NCBI RefSeq assembly: GCF_018977255.1
Contig: NW_024704743.1
Span: 63,056,001 to 63,120,000, forward strand
From: Callorhinchus milii
Lineage: Eukaryota
DNA: 64,000 nt
Reading direction: 5' to 3'
The translations under genes were made by a program, and so were the position numbers. Of the stretch, positions 25,334 to 37,998 are shown in pieces; the stretch's first letter is position 1, and each line of letters begins with the position of its first letter. The notes under the pieces are model-generated. The model did no database searches. It was not told the origin of the DNA and worked only from the letters and a program-made list of their open reading frames with translations.

Positions 25334-27706
25334 AAGTGGAAACTTCTTGACTTGCTTCAAGTGCCTGTTAATATTGTCACAATGCCCAATAGGTGAGTGA
25401 TATATTAAGATTCTGTGCTGCGCTGTGAAGAAGAGAAGAAGCGTGTGACTGCTGCTGGTAAGGGTTCAACAGTATCTAAAAAGTGTGTAACCCTTTGCTT
25501 CCCAAACAACTCTTAAAAAGTTCATGAAAGGACTCCAAATTCATTGATTAGTACAAAATCATTGGTGGCGAGAACTGGTGGTAAGTAGTGTGAGTGCTTT
25601 TGTCAGTCTGGTTCCTACCAATTCACCAGAAAACATAACTTTTGACACTGTGCATGTGTGGGCAGCTGTGTTGGTGAAACACCATTTTTCAAATAAACAG
25701 TGGGGGTGGTGGTGGGGGGGAGAATTTAATTTATGTAATATTTCAGAATGTTGGGAATTTGGCAAATTGTTGAATTAATCCTTAACTTTTTAAATCATAA
25801 AAGAACTTATAGCAAACCAGCTTCAAAATTAAGGATGTATTTAAGAATTTGGAAAATTCTGGATGCTCTAAAATACTACACAAACAGAGTATAACTAGAC
25901 CCAGGTTAAATTTCTTCCCAAACAGTACATATTGGAGTAAAAACAAATCTGACCTTCAGTGTCAGAATTATTACTGGCGACAATTTTGTAAGTTAAATTA
26001 GGGTGACATTCCGCAAACCAAATAATACTAATACAACATAATTTGGTATTGTGCCTTCTATATCGAGAGGACACCTCAAAACACTTCACAGCATTCAATG
26101 TAAAGTGAATGTAATTTTGTAGGTGAAATTGATTTGAGCTCTAAGATTGTGATCTTGTCTGGAACACACAATCTGCATTAGCTGATATTATTTAGGATAT
26201 CTGTGGTCTGATTTACAGGAGTTTGTTTAAACTACCACTGTACCTAAATGTTTGTTTTTGGTTAGAGTTCTTACTCTTGGTAACTTTCCACTGACCCCTG
26301 CTGGAAGGTGCAGGTCTGGACACAGGGTAGAGATAAGATCAGTTTCGAATATCATGTCCCATGTCTGAAAAGCTCACTGATGTCCACTAGCCAGGCTCAT
26401 CAATAACTTTGGGTGAGCTCCCTTCAGGAGAAAATGAATAAAAGAAGAAAATTGGGAAAAATACAAAGATATGAAATGAGCAACTATGTAATTATAATAA
26501 TATCTAATAATTATAATCCTTGCATTTGATATAGCACCATATCACGTCTTCGACACGTCTCAAAGCCCTTCACTGTAAAATGAATTGACTGTATATTTTG
26601 TGGGCTAAACCCAGCAGCCAATTGCACACAACAGTGTCCCACAAACAGTCGTGGATCGAGTGACCAAGTTATTATTATTATTGTTTTGATTTTTTTTGAA
26701 GGGATTATTACCCTTGGAAAAGAGATCCACCGAGCGAATAACAACCTAGTTCCTAAATTTCATTTTATAATTTATTGGCAAGGATGACTTCATAGCTTAT
26801 GTGCAGTTTTTCTGAATGGGACAGGTTGGAACTTGATGCAAGCATAACAGTTAGTTAGAGGAACCTTAATCTCTGTCAGTGGTTTGCCTTTAATATAAGG
26901 CAAACCGCCTACAGGGATTACGGACAGCAGGACTCACAAGAGGAAAGAGCAGCCAAGTATCACTGAACCTTACAGAAACTGTAACATTGGTACTCAGGAA
27001 GATGAATAGCCAACTTCACAACAGCTATTAATCTACACATTGAAAATTGAAATGGAAGGGGGAAAGAAATCTTGGAGTCAAGGTGGGTGAAATATACATT
27101 ATATATCATATGCATTATAACTCAGTTTAATTATCTTAACTAAAACCTGAAATAATACTTGTAAATAAATAAGAAAACATGATTACAGATAGATATTTGA
27201 TATATTTTGGGATTTGCTGTGTAATGCCACAATGTTTCTAGTCATGTCTATCCACATTTGAGACCTGCTCATGGTTTTAGCCTTAAGACAATTGTCTTAT
27301 ATTTAAGATTGTGCAATATTTTGAAAACAATCTTCTATTCAGTCTTAATTTGGAAGCTGTTTTCCACAGGAGTTTTTGATGATCTTAAAGTTCTGAGGAA
27401 TGTTAAAGATAAACATTTATACTGTGCCTGAGCTATGAAATTGTTTTGTTGGCTTGTCACAGATACTTGAGTTACATTACAGTTCCAGATGGGAGTACCC
27501 TGTTATAGGAACAGAACACTTTGCACCTGACATCCCAACAAATTGAATGCTTGAGGCAGAATGATATATGGGATCAGATGCATCAAACATTGTTCTCTTC
27601 TGTACAGAGCTCAAATTCAGTTTACCGTTGGGCAGCCCAAGCTGCTGAGAGCTCGATCAGATTTCCCGCGATGTATAATGTTCTGCAGTTTGTAAACATT
27701 AGCACT
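25334..27706 (-). other. Three further candidate exons: 27626-27706, 26974-27032, 25334-25422
   Basis: Acceptor/donor pairs ttttcttcag/gtaaac, ttttcaatgtgtag/gtaagg and ttctcttcttcacag/gtaagt. Phases 2-2, 2-1 and 1-0 join into one open frame. Confidence 0.25.
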
Positions 27707-28072
27707 CTGAAGAAAAGTTTTTGATACATTTGTGATCAGGGCACACTTTACTGTCCAAGGCATTCTACTGAAACATGTCGGTTGCATCTGCTGTATTTTA
27801 AGCCCTACAACATTTACTGCCTTGACTCTGGGATGGTACAGCTTTGATAGCTTTGAGGTTGGGGGTGTGGTTGAAAGGAAAATTCTGAACAAAAAAAGCT
27901 AACTCAAAAAAAATTGGGTTGCTCAATTCATGACTGTTTGTTGACACTGCTGTGCACGATTTGCTGCCATGATTCGCCCACAAAATATACTGTCAATTCA
28001 CTTAACAGTATATTCCGTGAAGCGCTTTCAGACGTCTAGAAGACGTAATAAGACACTCCATCAAATGCAAGG

Positions 28073-28124
<52 letters not shown>
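28073..28124 (+). repeat. (TTA)n microsatellite, expanded SINE tail
   Basis: About 17 TTA units directly after a SINE 3' end. Confidence 0.95.
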
Positions 28125-28125
<1 letters not shown>

Positions 28126-29439
28126 CCTGGCCTGCTGTTCTTCAGACCAACCAGCTTCTGCATTCTTCACAGAGGTTCTGTGGAAGATCTGTGTGCAGAC
28201 AATCACATGTCTGGGTGGCATGTCTTCAATAACTATTATTGTATAACCCTCACTTAAGGATTTGACGTCCTCTTGTGTAGTCCTACTGTCAGTGGATGTT
28301 AATGAAGGCAGTTCATTTGTGGAGTCAAGGACGCTGTTCTATCAGTGACTTTGATCTAGACAAGCATGTGAAATGCAGCAAGATTGCTGTAGGCACCAGA
28401 GAAACACAGGATAATTTATATGTCATTCAAGTATAATGGAAGACTATGTACACACAACCTTTTCTTTATGATTTCATCACAACCTGATATTAGCAGGCAG
28501 ACTAAGAAAAGCATTATGAAAGATTCATACACTACTGAATAGGAGAATACATTTACCGCAATCCTGTGTGCTTCATGCAATTTTAGAAATGCTGTTGACT
28601 TTATGTGCAATCATGATCTAAGCCTCCTTTGTCCTTCCAGAGTTGGGAGATAAGAATTTCCCTCAAAAAGAGCATCTTTAGATTTGATGAATTGTTTGGG
28701 AAGAACAAACAGTTCATCTTCTGAAATGCATTCCTCTTGGCACTCAAGGTTTGGACTCCATTATTGCCCTTTAGTGACACCAGCGTACAACGTCACGCCA
28801 GGTAACATGGGTCAAGTACTTCATTTCCATTCATTGAGGTGGCACATTTCAGTCAATTTAGATAACAGCAAACATTAGATTAGTGGGTGTCTTACTACAG
28901 GTAATAATGCAGGCAGTTAAGATGCAGGGTTGCTTGCTTGACACTCAATGAATGGATGTACTTACCACCAAATAACTAACTGAAGTTGCTTAATGCTTGA
29001 CAACCCAAAAGTTGATGGATTTTTAATGCACAGAATTTCTATCATAAAATCCTTGTGTTATTAGCTGGTCTTGTGTTATCACCCTATTGACCCATGAGGA
29101 GAAAACATTTCATTTAAATTGGTGGTTGTTGAAGCCTCATTTCCAACTGTAAAAATATAATAATAATAATAATAATAATAATCCTTGCATTTGATACAGT
29201 GCTTTATCACATCTTTGAGACGGCTCAAATCGCTTCACAGAATATATTCTAAAGTGAATTTACTGTATATTTTGTGGGTGAAACAAAGTTAATTTTATAC
29301 TGGTGTCACTTAGAAGTTATAAAAGGGACCATATAATAATTAATCAAAAACAGAAACTTGTACAAGGACAATATTTGTCAAATGTTGCAATATAACAGTC
29401 ATTATTATTTATTAATCACCTAGACCTAGATTCACAAAC

Positions 29440-30350
29440 CCTGTGAAAGTTGTAAAATTTGCAGATGACATTAAGTTGGGGGAAAATGTGGTGTTAGAGA
29501 AGGCAACAAAGGTCCAATAAAGAGAGCTTGACAGGGTATTCACATGAGCTGATAACTGGCAGATTAAATTCAATACAGAGAAATGCAAGGTACTACACAT
29601 AAGAAGTAAGAATAGATTATTTATTACTAATAACAAACATACTCCATAAATGGGAAATAACTTGCCATGGCAGAAGCTGAAATAGATCTAAGGATGTTAG
29701 TTGACTAATCGCTCACCATATCCAAACAATATGATGCAGCAATAAACAATGCAAACAGGATCATGGGGCATATTATCAAATTTATTGAGTTCGGATGCCC
29801 AAAAGTCATAATCAAGCTATATCATGCTCTGTTCAGGCCATACCAAAGTACCACATACAGTTCCGGTTGCCATGACATAGGGGTGGAGTGCCCAGGCCTT
29901 AGAGGCAGTGCGAAGGAGGCCAATGAGGATGATCCCCAAAATTAGCGGAATGAGCTATGGTAACAACAACAACAACTTGCACTTATGATGAGCAACAATT
30001 AGACAAGCTAAGTTTCCTGTCTTGAAAATAACCTCAGAGGGGATGGGATGTATAACATCTGAAACAGGATTGAGAAAGTTAACCTGGAGCAACACTTTTA
30101 GATTCACCAAGACAGTAGAACAAGAGAATATGGATTGCACAGAACAATTTGAAGAAGTACCAGAAAGTTTTTCTTTACTCAGAGAGTAATTAATAACCAG
30201 GACAGCAAGGGTGGTTGAGGCTAGGAATTTGGATTAATTTAAGGGAAAGTTTGATGCTGTGAAGGGAGGACAGTGGGGTGAGTATTCTGGAGGAATGAGA
30301 TCAGATTGGTCAAAGGACCTTCTTCACCCGAACCAATCTTATTATTTTAT
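29440..30350 (+). mobile_element. Decayed CR1 LINE (RT to 3' end)
   Basis: aaatttgcagatgacattaagttgggg (KFADDIKLG) and tggcagattaaattcaatacagagaaatgcaagg (WQIKFNTEKCK). Confidence 0.82.
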
Positions 30351-30940
30351 GAATACGTATCGTTTGTTTTTTACTATAAGCTCCTTTTAAACACATATAT
30401 GTAACCTATATGAAATGGTCCATTTAATATACCTGGAAGTGAACTAGGATTTAAACGACAACAACAAATTACATTTGTATAGTGCCTTTCATGTCGCAAG
30501 AATGTCCCAAGGCGATGGACAGTCAGGGATTTGGACCTGAGCAGGGAGTTGGGATTAGGGGTAGTGGAGAGCAGGTAAGGTAGGGGTAGGAGGGTGACCG
30601 AATGTGCGGTTGAAGAAACCATGAAGTAACTCATAGATGTGTTCTATTAAGGCAGTTTTATTATGTTACCCAATTTAACACTAATATATATTCCAAACAC
30701 TACAAAGCAGTAGCTGCCTGAGGAAATCTTCACAGCTTGTGTGAACATTTGTCTCCTCAGTGCACAAAGTAGAGTTAACTGGAGAATCAATGGAAGGTCT
30801 CTTCACAATTGCACTCTCTACCAACCAGATGATGAGGGAAATATACACCTCATCTCCTTGTGGCAGGCTCCCTAACATAGTGTGAATGTTAAGGGACCCA
30901 ACTTCACCCGATCTAAGGTTATTTGTGGCTCACAATTTCA

Positions 30941-31256
30941 GAGGCCCGAAATTCCACTTAGTCTAAGCCTCCATATCTGTTTTGTCTTAAAACTAAGGTG
31001 TCACAGAAGTTTGGAAAATTCTTAGTTCAGACTTAATTTAGAAGCTTTCTTTCAGAACAGTGGAAAACTGGCTTTAAAAACTGGTTACGAATTTTCTACA
31101 ATTTTGCATTAGCTTGAATTCAGTTTTAATTTGAAGAACTGCAGAGAACCAGCTTCTAAATTGAGAATGAATTGAAAACATTGCCATAAATCTGTGGGAT
31201 CTTAAATTAAGACAACATGATCTTACGGGCTTAGATTAGACAAAATATCAGGTCTT
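30941..31256. mobile_element. Palindromic MITE-like (non-autonomous DNA transposon) element
   Basis: Left arm gtctaagcc..tttgtcttaaaactaaggtgtcacaga..ttaatttagaagct mirrors right arm agcttctaaattg..tctgtgggatcttaaattaagacaa..ggcttagatt. Related copies lie elsewhere in the window. Confidence 0.65.
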
Positions 31257-32614
31257 AGGTGTCTCAGCAGCTCTACTCGTTGAAACTGGAGGAGAATTTA
31301 TTGCAGTGAGTAACCTAGGGTGTTGTGATTAAGTTGCCCATTTCAAACCAATGTTGGACAAATCTGATGGTTTACAACAGACCCAAGAAGACACCCTTGA
31401 AGACTTGAGGAAGTGTTATGCTGAGTTACCAACTTGACTCAATAGGCTGATGTAGAGATCCAACAGTGTGAAGATTGGTCACACTGGTGGAAAGTGTGGA
31501 TTCAAGGCCTTAATGATTCAGGCTGCTGCGAAAGGGAAGGCTGCATTTGGATGATATTAATACTAGGCTTCAAAATGACAGATTCAAAGCTTTGAGATTC
31601 ACTGGTGAAAGACGCTCTATGACCAAAGTAAATATGAAACTCCTCCCACACCCTAAATAAATAAATACCACAAGCTGAAAAAGACATACAGAACCACACA
31701 AAGTTTAAGAATGGGAGACAATTTAAACTCTGATAAGGTCATCTCATCATGTCAATCATCAAAGAGTCTGTTTGAACATTTTCACAGTATGAGCTACTCG
31801 TGGGATGTTTGACCTGAAGGTCTGACCCACTTAAAGAAACAGATACTGTATGTTTCTCAATGCATGCTATGCTCATCTGGCTGAGGGAGGCTATTGCTGA
31901 TCTACAAGCAAAGAATGGGGAAGGGGAGGGGGGAGGGGAAAAGGGGAGGAAGCGGGAAGGGGGAAGGGGAGGTGACCCTAGGCACAATCAGTGGTAGGGA
32001 TTGAAAGATAGATAGAGAGGGGGCGAGGCTGAGGGGTAGAAGGGAGCGAGTTCTAGAGGTTGGGAGGCATAGAAACTGAAGACGAGGCCACCAATGATGG
32101 TAAAGAGGGGTAGGGGCACCTAGACGGCTGGAATTAGCCAACAGGAGAGGGAGGACAGCAGAGGAGTGAGATAGAAGATTGGAAAGTTAGATAGGGGCTA
32201 GGGAGGGGAAGGATTTATAGATGAGGGTCAGGACCCTTACATCAATCCACTAGGAGCCAGGGAGCCAGTGAACCTTCGTGAGGACTAAGGTGATGGTTGT
32301 GCAGGGTATGGTGCGGATGAGGTTGCAGGTGTGGAGTTGTTTCAGTAAAAAGCTTGACTTCTGAGGGATAACTGCTCACTAATAAGTCTTTTATCAATCT
32401 CCACAGCAGTTGCTAAGTTTTTTATGGAGGTGGGGAGAGGGGAAGGATGGAAGAGAGACGAGAATAAAAAGTAAAGAGTGCTTTGGTCACACGGGTATAC
32501 ACAAATGATCACTTCCCGAAAACAGTGAGGGTTTTTATGAGGGTGGAAATGCTCAGTTTTGTATTTAACACACTGATCGGCTTTCATTTTACACCAAAGG
32601 AGCACAAAACCCAC

Positions 32615-32710
32615 ACGATTATTAGGTTGTTTTCTTGAGGAGTATTTCTTTAAAGGCCTCGGGCTCTGACTTCCCATCTGTTCTGAACTGCACTTATCTT
32701 CAGCAAGAAC
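32615..32710 (-). other. Candidate exon X4 (about 96 nt; VLAEDKCSSEQMGSQSPRPLKKYSSRKQPNNR)
   Basis: Long polypyrimidine acceptor (ttcctccttccttttcctgctcttttctcag); frame 0 open; donor ambiguous (gtgggt or gtgtgg). Confidence 0.3.
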
Positions 32711-32928
32711 CTGAGAAAAGAGCAGGAAAAGGAAGGAGGAAATAGCAGGAAGGAAATTCAATGAAATTCAAAAAGAAAGGTACAAGAAACGTTGAGGAAA
32801 ATAATGAATGCAAAAATAATTAGAAACGAAAGTGAAAATTAAATATTGTTGCGAAGTCAATGGTTGAAATATATAATCTAAAAGCTTTTGTTAACTTTAG
32901 AGCATAAGAAAACATCACTAGACGCTAC

Positions 32929-33214
32929 AATAATAATCCTTGCATTTGATATAGTGCTTTTCACGTCTTCTAGATGTCTCAAAGCGCTTCACAGAATAGA
33001 CTGTAAAGTGAATTGACTGTAAATTTGTGGGCGAAACATGGCAGCCAATTGCGCACAGCAGTGTCCCACAAACAGGCATACATTGAAGTGACCAATTTGT
33101 TATTTTTTTCTTGAGGGAATAAGGAAACTTGACCAAGGTCTTGCCCTGCCGGGAGTCGAACCCAGGTCTCTTGCTTGCGAGGCAAATGCTCTAACCGCTG
33201 AGCTACAGGACTCC
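32929..33214 (-). mobile_element. Full-length SINE, short form
   Basis: tRNA-like head, Deu core and tail. Confidence 0.88.
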
Positions 33215-35499
33215 TGTATACAAGCCTGACAGGTCTCAGAGTCAGCTATCTGCTACCGCACGAGAAGCCCGAATTCTGCCAGTTCTTAGTTTATAAGTCA
33301 ATTTTGTCTTCAGTTAAGATTGTGTAGTATTGGAGAAAATACCCCCAAATTCACCTCATGCTGTTTGCAGGACCTCTATTCAAAATAACTGTTGTGTGTT
33401 GTTGTTTAAAAAAATAATGATTATACTTAATAATTAGTGTAAAACACTTTGATACATGTTAATGTGATAGGCTCAACTTGAATGTAGAATAGCATAGGAC
33501 TTAACGAGAAGAAGAAAATAACTTATGAAATAGAAGTAACTTTTTCACACATTTTGTTACATGTCTTGAATAATGGACACATTTTACAAATCCTCCTGAA
33601 CTGTGGTATCTTATATCTTTTCGTCTGCGCTACCTGTTGTGACGAAGTGGAGAAGTTGTGATAATACACCACAGTGAAAGCAGAAGATTCTGAAAACAGC
33701 TAATGTTCCAGCAGTGTGGTTAAAGGAGATTTGTTGAGAAAGTGTTTGCTTTGCTGGGATCCTTTGCACTGTTAGATGGGCTTAAGTTAAAACATAAGCT
33801 GTCAATATATAAGCTTCACATAACAGGCTCTTGCCACACTGAAATGCTTCAAAGTGTTTCACACAATGGAGCTGATTTGAAACATGAGCTGATTTACTAT
33901 AAAAAATAATTGTTTCTCTTTGCCTTTATAATACAACTTTTAGCAAGAATTGTAAGGCAGATCCAATGAGTTTCTTTGAAATGCAGTAACACCTATGTGG
34001 GTGATCGGCTCATCTGCCCCAGTAACATCCCACAAACAGCACTGCTGTGAATTAAAAGTGAATTTGTTATGGTGAGGAAGGTCAAGAGAAGGATGTGAGA
34101 AGAATGGGAATGGCCCAGATTGCCTTCTCTTTTTTGAGATCAAGTCATGTGATCTTTAATGTCTATCTAAACCAACAAACTAGATTTCAACAACAACAAA
34201 TTACATATATACAGCACCTTTCATGTCGGAAAGATGTCCCAAGGTGCTGGACAGTGAAGGGTTTGCACCCGAGCTGGTGTTTGCAATCAAGAGGGATGGA
34301 GGGAGTGGAAGTGGGAGTAGAGGTAGGTGCATGTGCGTGTGGAGCTTCATTGGAGGTTTAATTGGAAATATGACTATATCTCTCAATTGTTGAGATACTT
34401 CAGTTAAATATAACTAGATAATTACTCTAACGATAGTGTATTTGTAGACAAATGCTTACAAGTATTATACCACCTGTAGTGTACCACTATGATTTATTTA
34501 CTGAGAAAACAAATGGAATTACTTTGTAGAGTAACTGCATGTTACAACAGCTAAATCCATGCACCAAAACAAGGGATGTCATCTTAAAATTTGAGCTAAA
34601 CCAGTTAGAAGTGGGACCGGAAAAAAATTATTGACATTAAGGGTTGTGAAAATGTGGATTGTGGCTGTAGGTGCAGAATCAATTGGGGTATTTAAATGGG
34701 TGGATAAATAATACTCCTTGCATTTGATATAGCGCCTTATCATGTGTTTGAGACGTCTCAAAGTGCTTCACAGATAATACTGTAAAGTGAATTGACTGTA
34801 TTGATTGAAACGCGGAAGACAATTGCGCACAGCAGTTTCACACAAATAGTCGTGGATTGAGTGACCAAATTATTATTATTATAGATAGATACTTGGGAAG
34901 TTAAGGTAACCTCTAGCTCAGGTGCAAACCCTTCACTGTCCAGTTCCTCGGGACGTCCTCCTGATGGGAAAGGCATTATATAAACGCAATTTGTTGTTTG
35001 GTGACGTTGTTGTTGTTGCATCGAGGAATTATGGAACAAAGACAAGAACATCGGATTAAAAGATCTACTGTGGTTTAAAATAAAAATGGAATGGGTTCAA
35101 TGTCTTGAATGAGCTCCTCCTGTTCCTGTGTTTCTGAATCTACGTGGTCGTGTGCATGTGCAGCTTCATTAGAGGTGTCGTTGGAAACATGACCATATTT
35201 TAAGACAACATGAGAAAAAAATGTGGTTTTATTTGAAAGGAAGTTCTTTGGTCTGCCGTGGTGTAGGTGGTTCCGAAATAATGAGAACTAGAGGCCACAA
35301 GTTTTTTAAACCATCTTTCTTTGATATCTAGAATCATATTTTTGCCTGTTTCTGCTGTATTTTATTAAACCACGGTTCCAACTTAACGTTTGTTCAAAGG
35401 GAGCTCGACTAATGATGCTCCATTACTGGGATGTTCCCATTAGCCTGGTATGTAAAATAATTCCACCAGTATTGTTTCAGGCGTCTTTCTTGTTGCCTG

Positions 35500-35900
35500 C
35501 ATGTGAAAGGTCATGCTAATTTCCTTACTGCTGGAAGGATGCCCCATTCTATGCAAATGATGCTTGTGAACCCGCTCGCTGCTGATCTCTCTCTCTCTCT
35601 CTCTCTCGGCAGAGCTTGCTCACAACTGCCCTGATACAGACCTGCAGACTAACATTCAGTCGTTACGAAATAGCTCAGCTCATTGTGAAGCTATGAGTTG
35701 CGCAGAGAGGTTTCCAATGGAAATTGTGATTGAATGGAGGTGTTTTTTTTGTTGTTGTAAAACAGGGAACTTGGTTATAATATGATAACGGTCATAATCT
35801 GGTGGAAGTTGACAGCCAAAGGCACTTTCCATGTCACGTCACGAGTGCTGAGGCCACATCCTGCAAGTGCCATGGGTTTTTTATTTTGTAGAGTCTAGTA
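35500..35900. promoter_or_regulatory. Candidate enhancer (motif cluster in transposon-free sequence)
   Basis: AAAGGTCA 35506, ATGCAAAT 35551, TTTCCAATGGAAA 35711, GGCACTTTCC 35821 and CGTCA 35837. Motif matches only. Confidence 0.35.
35586..35607 (+). repeat. (TC)n microsatellite
   Basis: Uninterrupted tctctc run of about 22 bp. Confidence 0.9.
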
Positions 35901-36018
35901 CAGTACTGGGCAGACAACAGGAACTCACAGATCTCTCCCCCTCCTTTTCAGAACCCACCAGCCCTGCCCACTCAGTCTATCAGCACACGACCATCCAACA
36001 TTTTCCGCTGTGACTCAC

Positions 36019-36049
36019 CTTTACCCGATTGAGAAAGATTTCTAAAGCG
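36019..36049 (-). other. Candidate exon X3 (31 nt, phase 2 to 0; ALEIFLNRVK)
   Basis: Acceptor ttttttttgttcatttctaccag, donor AAG|gtgagt; in frame with X2. Confidence 0.35.
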
Positions 36050-36459
36050 CTGGTAGAAATGAACAAAAAAAATTCATACACTCTGTTTGCCACACACAAG
36101 GTTAAAGGGTTTGATATAATTTCAATATCTCCATTGCCGCTGTCACAATTGCTACAGTACTTATTAATTAAGGCCTTCCCCAAAGCTTCAGACACGTCTG
36201 CAGTCTGCTGCCTCCAAACCCTCTGAGTACGTCACCAGCGCTTTTTAAAATAAGATGACATTTGCTTTAAGTTTATTTAAATGATGATGTGAATTAAGAA
36301 ATCATTTGCGGCCCATATTTTCTTCTTATTCACAACTTTAGGAATCTGTGAAATCATTTTTACACTTTAGGGACTATCTTCATCACTTCGGTTTGCATTT
36401 TTGGGTATTTTTATGCATGTTTTTGAGGGAATTTTGAACTTAATACTGTGCATTTATTC

Positions 36460-37830
36460 CTGATAATTTATCACCCTCCCAAACCTCCTACCAGTTTCCT
36501 TGTTGATATCAATACCCTATCTCTCTCTTTGTCACTCTGTCTCCCTTTTCCTGCCTCTTTCGCTACCTGTTTCTCTCCTCTATCAATGTTTGTACTGAGC
36601 ACTTCTTCATAATGAGTGACTTCACCTTCCACTTTAATTCTTCCTGTCCCATCTCCTCTGATTTCTCTCCTCTCCTCTCTTAAACTTACCCTCTATATCA
36701 CCCTCCCTCACCCCCCCAACCCACATCCATGGTTACCCCCTCAATTTTGTTAATACACAAGGTTTCAACATGTCTGAGCTCACCATCTCTGACCACTTCA
36801 TCATCTCCTACACACAATCTCCTTCACCAAATCCACCACCCCCTCCTTCCAATCCTTGAGAGAAATTCCCCCATTAATCAATTAATCCCCCTCAAATGCT
36901 GTTTGTCCTGTGAACTTCTCTCCCTCTGGTTCCCTACCTGATTTGACATCGACATCAATTTGGCATCAAGCTACTCAACGACTGCCACTACATGAATGAC
37001 CAATTTTATTTGGGGGATTGTTGGCTAGGTCACTTTTTGAATAGTGATGTGGGATTTTCACATACACATTGGAAACATTCACCTGAACAAGTGGACAGGA
37101 TCATATTTTAGCATCTCATACTCTAACTATGCAGTACTCCCTCATCACTGCACTGGAGTATCAGCCTAGACTAGTCAAGAGTCCTGATCTGGGACTTGAA
37201 CCCCAACCTTTTGACTCAGAGACAAGAGTACTACCTACTGAGCCATATTTGACTACTGACAATTGAATACAGATTGCATAAATCTGGTCTAGTGCTCCAC
37301 CTCCAAATACTTCAGAAACTACCATGTTTCCCTCACCAAACTCCAAGATACTCCTATCTACCACTAATTCTCTCTTCCTTAAGTCCCCTCCATCTTCACC
37401 TTTGACTCCAAATGAGAAGATCATGGACCTCCTTGTGAATAAAGTTGAGAAAGTCAGTTTAGCCGCATCTTCCTCCTTCACCCCTCTCTCTATTTCACTC
37501 CTCATGCCCTTTCTACCCACCACTCAAACCCTGCACATTTTTGCCCCATTTCCCTTTTGTTGCTTTCTGCCCTCATCTTCCACTGCATGAAATCCATCAC
37601 ATTTTCCTTTGATCAGCCCTGCCTGTCTGCTCAGTTGTTTCTCCTGTGCCCCTTGCTTGTGGACCTAGTTACCCTTTTCCTATCTTCTGGCATTGTCTCA
37701 CTCCCTTTCAAACTCGCCATTAGCATCATCACCCCCCATCCCTCCCTTTTTTTCAAAATATCTCTCCTGGACCCTTCAAAAGTCTCTAGCTACTGGACAA
37801 TTTACAACCTGCCTGTCCTAACCAAAGTCT
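36460..37830 (+). mobile_element. Old L2 fragment (APE to RT start) interrupted by an old minus-strand SINE at about 36990-37265
   Basis: C/T-rich decayed L2 sequence (tctctgaccacttc, the SDH motif; LDPSKVSSYWTIYNLPVLTKV). Boundaries approximate. Confidence 0.6.
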
Positions 37831-37998
37831 AGCTCTGTACGTCGCTCCACAAATAGGAAACTTGCCAGACAGTGCTTTCAATGGCAAGCTATGCAGTTGT
37901 AGTTGGTCAGACTTCAGCAGTACTCCAATGCATATTCTGGGGTCCCCTAGCCTTGGCTCTTGCCGACCTGTGCATAATACTCTCCAGAGTAAGATAAG

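Noticed and set aside
25334..32710. Faint resemblance of candidate exon peptides to the N-terminus of heme peroxidases (KQP, SSLGC, GHCDN)
   Set aside because: It needs mutually incompatible frames, and no catalytic-domain exons are visible.
32342..32761. 139-aa minus-strand ORF with a signal-peptide-like start
   Set aside because: The hydrophobic start is a translated polypyrimidine tract beginning at a non-ATG codon, and the 3' part runs into decayed repeat-like sequence.
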